Of a stretch of 64,000 nt of DNA, positions 28,899-39,300 are shown one piece after another. Made by a program: the position numbers and the translations under genes. Every line of letters starts with the position of its first letter. Position 1 is the first letter of the stretch. Under the pieces are notes generated by a model that saw only the letters and a program-made list of their open reading frames with translations, was not told the DNA's origin and ran no database searches. This stretch comes from a virus, in IMG/VR virus record IMGVR_UViG_3300008117_004657, positions 8,978-72,977 of that record, one strand, 5' to 3'.

Positions 28899-29746
28899 TA
28901 AATTTCCTTAGGATACATCATAAGTCCACCTTCACAAATTTCTTTCGGACAAATAACTTTTTTTGTAATATCTTTTAAAGATAACGGCATAATTTCATTA
29001 GTGCAAACATTTTTAACCAAATTATCCAATTCTATTTGAAAAGATTCTGGCACACATTTATAATCTCTAAAAGAATTTTTTTTCTCATATAATAATTTTA
29101 AATCTGTTGTTCTTTCTTCCGAACCATCATCATATAAAACATTTATATCTATCATATCTTCAGCATTAGAAGCTTCTGTAAAAAAATCTTGATCTAAGTT
29201 ATTTGTGTAATATGGAGTATCAACTAAAAAATTTAATTTAAATTTAATATTATTAGATTTACAGTTATCAATAATATTTAAAATATAGTTTTTATACTCT
29301 GGCATCATACTTATATGAACTTCACAATTTAGATTTTTACACTTTTTTAAAAAATCCTCTTTGTGATATTCTGGATGAAAAGATGCATAATACTTAACTT
29401 TTGAAAAACTTTTTATACTTTTATAAAAAGTTTCCGATCTAGTCAAGTTGGTAAAAAAATAAATTTTTACCAAATTTTTAATTTCATTTAATCCTTCCAG
29501 TATTTCTTCAATATTTGGATGTAATGTTGGTTCACCACCAGTTAAACAAATCTCAAAAGGTTTAGAAATAGTTTTTAATCTACTTATTATTAACTTGTAA
29601 CTTTGTGCAATCTGAGTCGTATCATTGTAATCATAACTTAAATTTTCCTTTACATTACAGTATGAACACTTCAAATTACACCAATTCAATATATGCCAGT
29701 TAATTCTAAGAATTTTATCTTGACTGGTGCAAGAAATAATTTTCAT
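28898..29746 (-). CDS. Radical SAM protein (short, twitch-like C-terminus)
   Basis: CNLKCSYC, TGGEPTLHP, FTN, SFHPE and FRDYKC…C…CPKEIC. Confidence 0.9.
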   Translation of the reverse strand: MKIISCTSQDKILRINWHILNWCNLKCSYCNVKENLSYDYNDTTQIAQSYKLIISRLKTISKPFEICLTGGEPTLHPNIEEILEGLNEIKNLVKIYFFTNLTRSETFYKSIKSFSKVKYYASFHPEYHKEDFLKKCKNLNCEVHISMMPEYKNYILNIIDNCKSNNIKFKLNFLVDTPYYTNNLDQDFFTEASNAEDMIDINVLYDDGSEERTTDLKLLYEKKNSFRDYKCVPESFQIELDNLVKNVCTNEIMPLSLKDITKKVICPKEICEGGLMMYPKEI

Positions 29747-29747
29747 A

Positions 29748-30872
29748 TTAATTCCTACACTCTACGCCTTCATTTTCAACACCAACATTTTCAATATAAT
29801 GTAATACTAAATCTTGAAAAACTGGAACATCCTTACACTCATCAACAACTCTTAAACCCTGTTCATAATATATGTGAAATAATTCACAAATACTATCCAA
29901 TGGTTTATTGTCATTCATAATTTGAGAATAAGTGCATCCAGTATTACATACTTGTTTTAAATCGCAAGGTTCACATTTATCAAAACTTTTAGGATTAAAT
30001 ATATCTTGATAATATTTAAAATTATATTGTTCGTCCATCTTCATAATTTTTTTAGATGCAAATCTGGCGCAAGGATAAAATTCACCAGAACTCATCAAAA
30101 CTCCACCATTGGTTCCTGCAAAACATCCAAATGATCTTTTTCCTTTTACTAATCCATATAGTGTGTCCAAAATAGCTAGTCTGAGAAAGCCAACTGAACA
30201 AGCTTTACCTGATTTTAGTTTTTCTATCCAAAAATCCGCCAATCTTTCACATTCATATCTAAACTGTTTGATATCTTCTACAGTCCAAACATCATCTCGA
30301 ACTATACTAAAATCGGGATGATCTATACCCCAATCTAGTAAGAATTGGAAATTCTCCGTCATATCTTTGGTATTACCTGGCCATATCATAACTTTACAAC
30401 CGTTTGTTAAATCTTTTATGATTTCTTTCTTGTACTCATACATTGAAAGAATACCATCAAATAAATCTCCAGTTTCTGGATTAGTATTTTCTAAAAGTGG
30501 TAATAAAGGTCTAGTTTCATTTGAACTCATACCATCAAAAGACCAAGAAACACCGACACCATTTTCTTTTAAATAATGAGCTTTATTTTCATCAATCATC
30601 GTAAGATTTGTGATGATATTAATACCTTTACATTTCTTATCCGATTTCAAATAAGGAACGGCGTGAGTTATAAGATCCCAATTTAATAGTGGTTCACCAC
30701 CAAAAAAACTTACATGATAATCCCTATCTCCCGATCTTTGCATCAAGTTGGGCAAATCTTTCATACCTTGATCGAAAACCTCTTTCGTCATCCAAGTTGG
30801 CCTATTTGCTACATAACAATAAGGACAACCTAGATTACATTTTTCAGTAACACTTACCTCTAATGTAAACAT
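29748..30872 (-). CDS. Radical SAM/SPASM domain protein
   Basis: CNLGCPYC, FFGGEPLLN and SFDG. SPASM region GCFAG…GEFYPC…CEPCDLKQVCNTGC…C. Confidence 0.92.
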   Translation of the reverse strand: MFTLEVSVTEKCNLGCPYCYVANRPTWMTKEVFDQGMKDLPNLMQRSGDRDYHVSFFGGEPLLNWDLITHAVPYLKSDKKCKGINIITNLTMIDENKAHYLKENGVGVSWSFDGMSSNETRPLLPLLENTNPETGDLFDGILSMYEYKKEIIKDLTNGCKVMIWPGNTKDMTENFQFLLDWGIDHPDFSIVRDDVWTVEDIKQFRYECERLADFWIEKLKSGKACSVGFLRLAILDTLYGLVKGKRSFGCFAGTNGGVLMSSGEFYPCARFASKKIMKMDEQYNFKYYQDIFNPKSFDKCEPCDLKQVCNTGCTYSQIMNDNKPLDSICELFHIYYEQGLRVVDECKDVPVFQDLVLHYIENVGVENEGVECRN

Positions 30873-30882
30873 TCTTTTATCC

Positions 30883-31989
30883 TTAAACTGTGCATTGTTC
30901 AGCCTCGATTTTAATCGTAGGCTTTTTATAACTCTTTAGTGCTGTTCTTAGAGCATGATGTACTATCTCATTCGTTTTGAATACCTTACATACCTGCCAA
31001 TTAGCTGTATGATCACTCCATTTTTCTAAATAAGTTTCTTTTTCAGATTTCTCATAAGTCGCAGCATTACACTTCATACAAAACTGACTATCGCAACTCA
31101 TACAGTCTAGTGGTTGATTTTTCAATGCGTCTTTATACATCTGAGATTTTTCTTCAATCAACTGATCTAAATCTGGAACTTTAAAAATATTACCGAGTTT
31201 ATGTGAATGAGATTCTTTATACATGCATCCGTGACAAGGACTTAAATCCCCATTCAAGTCCACACTCACATAATTTATACCTGCAGCACATAGAGCTCTA
31301 GACTGTTGAAACCATCCAAATTTTTCAGGAGGTAATTTGTTATCATAAATGTGTTTAGCAATTTTTTTCAATCCATCCTTCAAAACTTCTAATCTAGGCA
31401 TGAATTCTTCTTCATTCAACTGACTGTATAAGTCTGGTGTTGGAAAATAATTATTATCCATTTCTATTACATCTAGAAATGCTTCATAAATTAAATGGAA
31501 ATTATCGGATGTCAAAACAGATTTCAATGAAACATTTAGCCCAGCTTGTTTAGCTGCAATATAGTTTGCTTTAACTAAGGCTGATGATGGAGTACCAGAC
31601 TTAGTTACTCTTGCGATATCATTTACTGGTTTTCCATCATATGAAACTTGTAACTTTAGTCTACCTGGAATTTCATTATGAATTCTAACCAAATCTTTTA
31701 AATATCTTTTTAAATATGTTCCATTTGTATAGAAGAAAAAAGAAAACCCAGGATCGTGTTTAAACTTCTCAATAACACCTTTACAAAAATCCCAATTAAC
31801 AAACGGTTCGCCACCCCAAAAATAAACATCCTTTTTAGGATCAGAAATTTTAGCCATAAATTCTTCAACATTATCTAATGTCAAAGAAGTATTTTCTTCA
31901 AACTCAGTAGATAGACCACACTCAAAACCTTCGGAACAATATGTGCAAGCTAAATTGCAAATACTTGTTACGTTTATATCTACTACCAT
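30883..31989 (-). CDS. Radical SAM/SPASM domain protein
   Basis: CNLACTYC, FWGGEP, YTNG and VSYDG. SPASM region CAAG…GDLSPCHGC…CMSCDSQFCMKC…C. AAGGAG Shine-Dalgarno. Confidence 0.92.
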   Translation of the reverse strand: MVVDINVTSICNLACTYCSEGFECGLSTEFEENTSLTLDNVEEFMAKISDPKKDVYFWGGEPFVNWDFCKGVIEKFKHDPGFSFFFYTNGTYLKRYLKDLVRIHNEIPGRLKLQVSYDGKPVNDIARVTKSGTPSSALVKANYIAAKQAGLNVSLKSVLTSDNFHLIYEAFLDVIEMDNNYFPTPDLYSQLNEEEFMPRLEVLKDGLKKIAKHIYDNKLPPEKFGWFQQSRALCAAGINYVSVDLNGDLSPCHGCMYKESHSHKLGNIFKVPDLDQLIEEKSQMYKDALKNQPLDCMSCDSQFCMKCNAATYEKSEKETYLEKWSDHTANWQVCKVFKTNEIVHHALRTALKSYKKPTIKIEAEQCTV

Positions 31990-32044
31990 TTTTTCTCCTT
32001 TTATTTTAAATCAAAGACGCACTAGTATATAGTAGTTGATAAAC

Positions 32045-32782
32045 TCAATCAACATTTCTGTAGTATTCGTTCAGTTCTAAAACTTTTTTAAGTAATTCTA
32101 CATCATAATTTTTCACCAAACACTCGGTATCTTTTGGTAAGCAAGGACCTCCAAATCCTCTTTTTCCGTCAGGTCCAGGAACTTTAAAATGATTGGATCC
32201 CATCCAAGGATGTTTAGAAAGTATTTCGATAGCTTCCTCATAGTTTACCTCCATCTTTTTAGCTACATCATACATTGAATTCATAAAAATAACTTTTGTT
32301 GCATAAAAAGAATTCATTGAGTATTTTATAAAAGAAGCAGTATTGATATCCGTTATGAATGTATTACTCATATCTACAGTAGAATACTTTCTATAAATTT
32401 CTAATGCTTGTTCAGATTTATTACCCGATAAAATCGTTAGAGGAGGATTTACAAAATCTTCCTTTGAAGTGGACCTTGATAAAAATTCTGGATTATATAC
32501 TACGTCATATTGTTTTAAATATTGTGGTAACACAGTTGATTTGACTATGACAACTCCTTTATAATTCATTCGTCGTATTTCATCAAGTACAGAAATCAAC
32601 AAAGAATAATTAGTGTTATCTGTGGGAGTAGGAACACAAACGAAGATAGCCTCAGGATTTAATAAACAAAGGCCTTTCACCGTTACGTGATTATATTTCG
32701 GATCACAAACAAAAACTTTAGTTTTGGAAAAGCCGTATTCAACGGCTTGTCCAACCATTCCATAACCAATAATTCCAATCAT
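32045..32782 (-). CDS. UDP-glucose/GDP-mannose dehydrogenase family protein (short, phage type)
   Basis: GYGMVG, VCVPTP, KSTV, YNPEFL and GFGGPCLPKD. Lacks the C-terminal UDP-binding domain. Confidence 0.88.
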   Translation of the reverse strand: MIGIIGYGMVGQAVEYGFSKTKVFVCDPKYNHVTVKGLCLLNPEAIFVCVPTPTDNTNYSLLISVLDEIRRMNYKGVVIVKSTVLPQYLKQYDVVYNPEFLSRSTSKEDFVNPPLTILSGNKSEQALEIYRKYSTVDMSNTFITDINTASFIKYSMNSFYATKVIFMNSMYDVAKKMEVNYEEAIEILSKHPWMGSNHFKVPGPDGKRGFGGPCLPKDTECLVKNYDVELLKKVLELNEYYRNVD

Positions 32783-32785
32783 AAT

Positions 32786-35700
32786 TTACATGATAGCTAC
32801 TTCTATCTTTCCTTCTTCTTCAGTGTTTTTATCTTCTAAACAAATTAATCTTAATGGTAATTTGTTACCATCAGATACTTTAGCTACTCCTGGTACATCA
32901 GACATTTCAAGTAAATCACCTTTTTTACATGTGCCTAAAATTCTAACAGGCAATCTACCTTTGAGTCCAACAACTATACCACCTTCTAATCCATCATTCA
33001 TTAAGAAAGCAGGTTTTTCCGAAACAACTCCTATTATAACATGTAATTTATCTTTTGTCGCGGCTGTAACTTCTTTATTGCCGCCAATCATCATAATCGT
33101 TCCATAATCATAAGATTGGTCTGGTAAATAACATTCGGCTAAGTCCGCAGAATAGTATGCTGATGTTGCGATGCCTCGGAAGAAATCAGCTACAATATCC
33201 TTTTCACAGAATATACCACCTTCAACATATAGAGAAGCACCAGCGGCAGGACTAGTAGAATTATCTTGACCAGTTGTAGCTTGAGTGCTATTTCTAATTC
33301 TAACCCTACCATAAAGATCGGAAGCACCATAATTAGTTAAATTAGCAGAAGTTGCTTGGCCAGCGACGCCAGTAACAATCGTTCCTCCAGAAGTAACATT
33401 AGTTGTACTACCAGCAGTTGTAGCGCTACTAGCAGATGTAGCACTACCAGCACTAGTTGCATATCCAGCATCACCGGTAATATTCATGGGATAAGTTCTA
33501 GCGCCACCTGTGTCAGTTCTTGAAACTCTATTTGTAGGTAATAAACCGGCAGCATCAACTTGAATATATCCAGTTAAATTGGGAGCAGAAATTTCAGACC
33601 AACTAAATCCAGTACCCGTCCAATTTAAAAAACGATTTAAATTTGCTGGAGGAGCAACAATGAAAGCTGTAGTATCTTGTTCTGATTGATATACAATTCT
33701 ACTTGCAGCACCGCCAGTAATATTATTCGCTCTATCAGAAACAAAACCTAAAGTTGTAAAATCTGCTGGATCTGAAGTTGCATGTGTATATTGCCATCTG
33801 TCAATAGTTTCATTATAACGGAATATAGCATTTGGAGAAACACCCCTATCAACTTCAATTGTAGCACTTAAAGACGGACTCTGATTTTGGTTTTGATTAC
33901 CATTAAATACAAAAGTTCCACCTTGTAGGAGTGCTGTGCCTCCATTAAACTTAATGTTGCCACTTTCCAATTTACCAGTAACATTTATATTACCATTTAT
34001 GGTTTGAATATCACTACCACCCGTTCTATAAACAGCATTATTTGCATTACTGAACGCAGCATTGGCATGCCTAAATGCCACATCTAAATGTACGTTTGCT
34101 GTATTTGCAAATAAAAATGCCGCATTAGCGTGAATAAATGCTGGAACAACATTAGCTAAAGCTTGAGATGCAGATTCTTGTGCAACAGCAGCAGCAGCTG
34201 CAGCAGTATTGGCAGCTCCAAAAGCTCCATTCGCATAAGAACTAGCACTATTTGCACTTCCAAATGCTGAGTTAGCATATCCACCAGAAATTACACCACC
34301 ACTCAATGCAGCAGCATTAGCCGCAGCAAAAGCAGAATTAGCATACACGCCTGCACTATTTGCACTTCCAAATGCTGAGTTAGCATATCCACCAGAAATT
34401 ACACCACCCTGCAAGGCAGCAAGATTCGCTGCAGCATAAGCGCCATTAGCATAATTTGATGCACTCGTTATATTAATTGTAAACAGAGCCGAGTTAGCAT
34501 TAGCAGTATTAGACACTACGTTTGCCCAATTAAATGCAGCATTAGCATGAGTGTAACCCGAGTTGGCATATCTACCAGATGTTTGTGCGACTGAGTGCGC
34601 GGTGTTTACCGCTAAAGGCGTAGCTATATTAGATGTACTTAAATTTGAAACTTCAGAATCTAAGAAACTTGCATCCAAAATTCCATAAAGTTCACTATAG
34701 GTATTACCTTTTGAGATTTTCCATTGGTCATCAGTTTCAACCCATCTAATAATCGCATCATCACCAACAGGCCTTTCATTTCTAAAAACTGCATCAGCGT
34801 TTGTTGGTGTTCTCTTATTTAAAATTATCTCACTTGTCTCATATTCAATGTCACCTAAAGCTGTCCAAGTTCCCTCAACAGTTAAATTACTTGAAATGTA
34901 AGCTGTATTGAGTGTAGTTTTTCCATCAACGATTAAAGATTCATATTGGCTGCCCGGAGCATAAATCCTTAATTGCGATCCACTTTGCATCCATAGATTA
35001 GAAGAAACATTTACCCAAGCAGCATTAATTGTGGAAACTTCAACATTATTTGTAATAATATTATTAGCGGTAATTCTATGAGTTGAAGTTAAATTATATG
35101 ATGTTAATATGTTAATTGAAGATGTATTGATTGAAGCTACATTTATACTTGAACTATTTGAAACTAGATTTACTACATTACCATTTAATATGGTAGCGGT
35201 ATTGATCGAAGATACATTGATTGAAGCTAAATTTGATACTAGAGTTACTACATTACCAACTAATGTGGTTGACGCATTTACTGTAGCAACATTAATTGAT
35301 GATGAATTCGACACTAGAGTTACTACATTACCATTTAATATGGTAGCGGTATTGATCGAAGATACATTCGAACTAAAATTAACAATATTACCAGAAATAT
35401 TGGCGACCAAATACCTTGTGGAAACGGAATTAGAGGTATGCGAATTCGAAGAAAGATAGTAAGAATTGCCTGTTACATTTTCTAAAATACCTATTCTAGC
35501 AAAAGCGAGATCATCTAAAACATCTATTCTAGCAAACGAAGCATATAAATTTGCAGTGCTTACGTTAGTAGAAAAAGTATCTGTGGAGTATATTGTATTA
35601 GATTTTATGGATCCATTATTAGCATAAGCTACATTTCCTGTACCACTTAATCTTAGAGTGCCGGTAGATATTGTTAAATTGTTCGCTACAGTTACACTAC

Positions 35701-36097
35701 CATTTGCAATATAATTATTCGAATATACATTACTTACTACTTGTAAATCGACACCAATATATGAATTATTCGAAACAGAAAGAGCTGATCCAGGACCTCT
35801 TACCGAAACTGTGCCGCCAGCAATAATATTACCAGTTGCGGAACTTTGTACTCCTAAGAAAAGAGTATTTCCTAAAGTTAAACTACTTTGAAATAAAACG
35901 TTGTTTGCAACTTGTAGAGGGGTACCATCAGCTGTAATATTTAAAATAGAAGTATTCGAAAGTATTAATGTTCCTTGAGTTTTATCGTAGTTATAAAACC
36001 CAAGGTCATTCAAATCTGATGCAGATTTGTTTGTTTGAATTCTCCATTCGTCAATGGTATTCGTTCTAGCAATGATTGGTATTAATGAGGTAGGCAT
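32786..36097 (-). CDS. Tail fibre/spike protein with C-terminal autoproteolytic chaperone (Peptidase G2 IMC-like)
   Basis: N-terminal TNTIDEWRIQTN, Asn/Ser-rich repeats, YANSAF coiled segment and two R…W/YxE modules. C-terminal ADLAECY…GVVSEKPAFLMN…GLKGRLPV…KGDLL. Confidence 0.8.
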   Translation of the reverse strand: MPTSLIPIIARTNTIDEWRIQTNKSASDLNDLGFYNYDKTQGTLILSNTSILNITADGTPLQVANNVLFQSSLTLGNTLFLGVQSSATGNIIAGGTVSVRGPGSALSVSNNSYIGVDLQVVSNVYSNNYIANGSVTVANNLTISTGTLRLSGTGNVAYANNGSIKSNTIYSTDTFSTNVSTANLYASFARIDVLDDLAFARIGILENVTGNSYYLSSNSHTSNSVSTRYLVANISGNIVNFSSNVSSINTATILNGNVVTLVSNSSSINVATVNASTTLVGNVVTLVSNLASINVSSINTATILNGNVVNLVSNSSSINVASINTSSINILTSYNLTSTHRITANNIITNNVEVSTINAAWVNVSSNLWMQSGSQLRIYAPGSQYESLIVDGKTTLNTAYISSNLTVEGTWTALGDIEYETSEIILNKRTPTNADAVFRNERPVGDDAIIRWVETDDQWKISKGNTYSELYGILDASFLDSEVSNLSTSNIATPLAVNTAHSVAQTSGRYANSGYTHANAAFNWANVVSNTANANSALFTINITSASNYANGAYAAANLAALQGGVISGGYANSAFGSANSAGVYANSAFAAANAAALSGGVISGGYANSAFGSANSASSYANGAFGAANTAAAAAAVAQESASQALANVVPAFIHANAAFLFANTANVHLDVAFRHANAAFSNANNAVYRTGGSDIQTINGNINVTGKLESGNIKFNGGTALLQGGTFVFNGNQNQNQSPSLSATIEVDRGVSPNAIFRYNETIDRWQYTHATSDPADFTTLGFVSDRANNITGGAASRIVYQSEQDTTAFIVAPPANLNRFLNWTGTGFSWSEISAPNLTGYIQVDAAGLLPTNRVSRTDTGGARTYPMNITGDAGYATSAGSATSASSATTAGSTTNVTSGGTIVTGVAGQATSANLTNYGASDLYGRVRIRNSTQATTGQDNSTSPAAGASLYVEGGIFCEKDIVADFFRGIATSAYYSADLAECYLPDQSYDYGTIMMIGGNKEVTAATKDKLHVIIGVVSEKPAFLMNDGLEGGIVVGLKGRLPVRILGTCKKGDLLEMSDVPGVAKVSDGNKLPLRLICLEDKNTEEEGKIEVAIM
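34245..35368. repeat. Exact internal duplications in the fibre gene (56 bp: 34245-34300/34353-34408; 49 bp: 35170-35218/35320-35368)
   Basis: Identical copies read directly from the sequence, with in-frame spacings of 108 and 150 nt. Confidence 0.85.
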
Positions 36098-36106
36098 TTC
36101 TGATTA

Positions 36107-36346
36107 TTAATCCTTCTTATGAATCAGCGTCTGTAATAGAGATTTTATTTCATTCATATCATTAGACATTTCTTCAATTTTAGTTTTTAAGTTATTTATC
36201 TCGTCATCATTTCCGCTTATTTTTTTACCTAATTTTTTTCTAGCTTCATTCTGTTGCAAAATAGTTTTATTTACGGCCAATAGAGCACCATTTGTTTTAT
36301 TTTTAACAAATTGGCCGCCTTCGACCTTAAGTAAATTATTTTCCAT
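36107..36346 (-). CDS. Small coiled-coil hypothetical protein conserved in T4-like phages
   Basis: KVEG…TNGALL…EINNLK…EIKSLL. Typical follower of the DUF4815 gene. Confidence 0.7.
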   Translation of the reverse strand: MENNLLKVEGGQFVKNKTNGALLAVNKTILQQNEARKKLGKKISGNDDEINNLKTKIEEMSNDMNEIKSLLQTLIHKKD

Positions 36347-36347
36347 A

Positions 36348-39300
36348 TTATCCTGCCGGTAAAGCTATAATTCTCAAATCTTTAATTCTAGGTATAACTG
36401 ATGGGTCTTGAGATGTCATTACAATTTTTATTGCGAAAGTTTTAAAAGTATCGTATGTTACACCAGCATCAGAAATATAAGTAACTTGATCTTCAGTCAA
36501 TGAAGGTCTATATTCATATTCTCTAAACTCATTTTCATTAATGGATGCAGCTACCGTTGGGTTTAAACATTCAAATTTACCATATGGTCTGTCTTTGAAA
36601 TTTGTTGTATCAGATCCAGACAATATTTTATAGAAAACATGAATTTCGGTTCCAACTGGTTTATTGGCGGCTAAGAAAACTCTCATGTCGCCGGCATCAA
36701 AACCATCTGTTAAAACTATAGGTTTAGTAATATATCTAGCTAAGCAAGGACCGCCAGAACTGTCAAACTCAGAATTTAAAGTAATTGCAGCGTTTGATGT
36801 TACGTTTGGTGTATTTCCAGTATCAGGATAAGAAATAGTAAAATCATCCGTATAACCTATACCGGAAGAAACAACATTAGCAGATAAAACATTTCCATTT
36901 ACTCCATCACAACTCATATAAACAAGAGCGCCTTCACCAGTAGATGAAGTTATTATAATCGTATTTGAATTAGAATATCCAGCGCCTTTACTAATAATAT
37001 TGAAATCTTCATTGTCTATTTCACCATTATCTATAAAATTTTCCCAACAATTCAACTGTAAGCTTTCCAGAGAAACTAATGGTGTCACAGAATCATCATT
37101 TGTTGACATTTCAAGTTTAACGGTAAAATCGTTTTTATCTAAAATCTGTTTTCTTCTATTACCAATAGCATACTGAGTATCATCTGCCATATTATAAATT
37201 GTATATGGAGTTATACTTCTATAAATTGTTTCTTTTGATCCTCCAGCCACTTTAGAGATAAATGAATATTTCAGAGAAATTGGAGATTCTGACTGTGACG
37301 TAATAGACTTTTCCAATAATCTGAATCTATCGATATATTTGACACTATCTTGTTTTTCACTTTGTAAAGCAAAAGTGGCAGTTGATGTTGAAAATTTACA
37401 ACGATTAAACTCAAACATCAAATCTTCATTTAAATATGGTACGTATTCCATAGCATTTTGAGACTTGTAAAGTGTACCAACATAAGGATTAACAGAAACA
37501 ATTTGATTATTTAAAGTTGTCTGTCCTTTTTCTGCTGTCCATACCACATAATCCGGAGAATCTGTGAGAATAACTAGAGCATATAAACCAGGTTTTAAGA
37601 AAACAGGAGAATCAAAAGTAAATTTAGTTTTACTTGCTTCAACGTCTATACTTGGAGTGCTTGTTGTAGTAATTTCATTAGGAAACTTTTCTACGACAGA
37701 TTCGGGATACCAATAATCAAAAGAAGGCGTTCCATTTACGGTAGGTCTAATTTGAACTCTAACTGGAAGTCCTTCATCATCCACGGCACTAAAAAACAAA
37801 TTAACACTTTCCATATACAAACCATGTGGATAAGTTTGTTCATCGACATAAAATGTTTGTGCTAAAGGATCTACTCTCCAGGTGCTGGTTATTCTACTCG
37901 AAACTGCTGTACTTTGAAGTATGGGTGAAGTTACTGTTCCAACAATTTTAGTACTTGTTCCAACATTATAAACAGTATCAACTAAAGATGTTTTTGTAGT
38001 AGTTATACCAGAAGAAACAAAAGTTTTTTCAGCAAAAGAAATAGCATCTCTATCATAACTATTATTAAAGGATTCTGTTAGTCTATATTTTCTCTCTCCA
38101 CTTCTAAAAGTAGCTACTGGAGGATAGAAAATTCCACCAATTTGACCTTTACTGTTTGTAAAGTTAGTTCCTATACTATAAGAGAAAATTTTTCCTTGTT
38201 GTGTTGATGGTATAGTTTCTGAAACCGTAGCGACTTTAGTTGTAGTATTGTAAGCTATAATAGTATATTTTGAACCTGTTCCAGAAGCCTCATCACTTTT
38301 TCTTACTAAAGTTACATTATTTCCAGCAATATTAACACTTGGTGCATCAGGCGCTAAAGTAATTGTGCTCGAAGTTATTCCTCTTGTCATACCACATCTG
38401 TGATCAACAACGGTAGAAATTACTTTTGTGGTAGAAGAATCTAATCCAATTATATATTTTCCTGCAAGTGATAAAGGAAAAGTTTCATTAACTATACTTA
38501 CATTTGAACTGCCAGATTCAGACGCAGCACAAACACCCAAATGATAAACACCACTATCTGCCGCAAAATTTGCGAGTTGTGTAGCGATTTCACCATTAGT
38601 ATTAGCAATTAGAACCATTTCTCCAGATTTAAATGGATTAGTTCCACTTATAGTTAATTTATTAGGAACAATGGTATAGTTATCAACTAGAACATCATCA
38701 AAGAAAGAATAGAATCTAGTTTTCGGTCTTAGTGAAGATCCAGCAAAAACTATACCTCTAGGTTTTAGATACGGATTAACAGCAATATCCGTAATATAAG
38801 ATCCTAAATCAACTTTAGATGATGTTACATCTATCGATTCAGCACTTAATGTTGTTCCTTTTTTGACAAAAACTTGGTCTGTTGTTGTTTGCAAATTACC
38901 AAATGTATTATTTCCTAAATCAACAGTCGCATTAGTTTGCGTTTTGACCGTTTCAAACCATGAAGAATCCGGAACTTTAGCAAAAGGACTGTCTTTATCA
39001 CTCAACCATGTTGGATTTTTATCTGATATAAAGTCGAAAGCTTCATTTATAAAATTAAATGCATTTTCTAATCCCTGAACCGAATTTAATGTAATCTTTG
39101 AAGTTACACTGGTATCATGGTCACTTGTAAATTCTGGAAATAATCTTAAATTTCCATTAAAGTTACCATAAAGAGCACTAGCAACAGGAATAGTTTTCGT
39201 TGCATATGGTTGCGAAGCAAAAACTGATGATGTATAATCCATTATTAAAGACTTTTGAGTGTTGGTACCCATAATTTTGTAACTACCGGCTGATCCACTT

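Noticed and set aside
18962-31989. 7-deazaguanine (QueE), NrdG activase, MoaA or PQQ pathways as the explanation for the radical SAM genes
   Set aside because: No queC/queD/folE/dpdA, nrdD, moaC or pqq partners are visible, and none of these pathways needs eight enzymes. Individual members cannot be excluded without a search.
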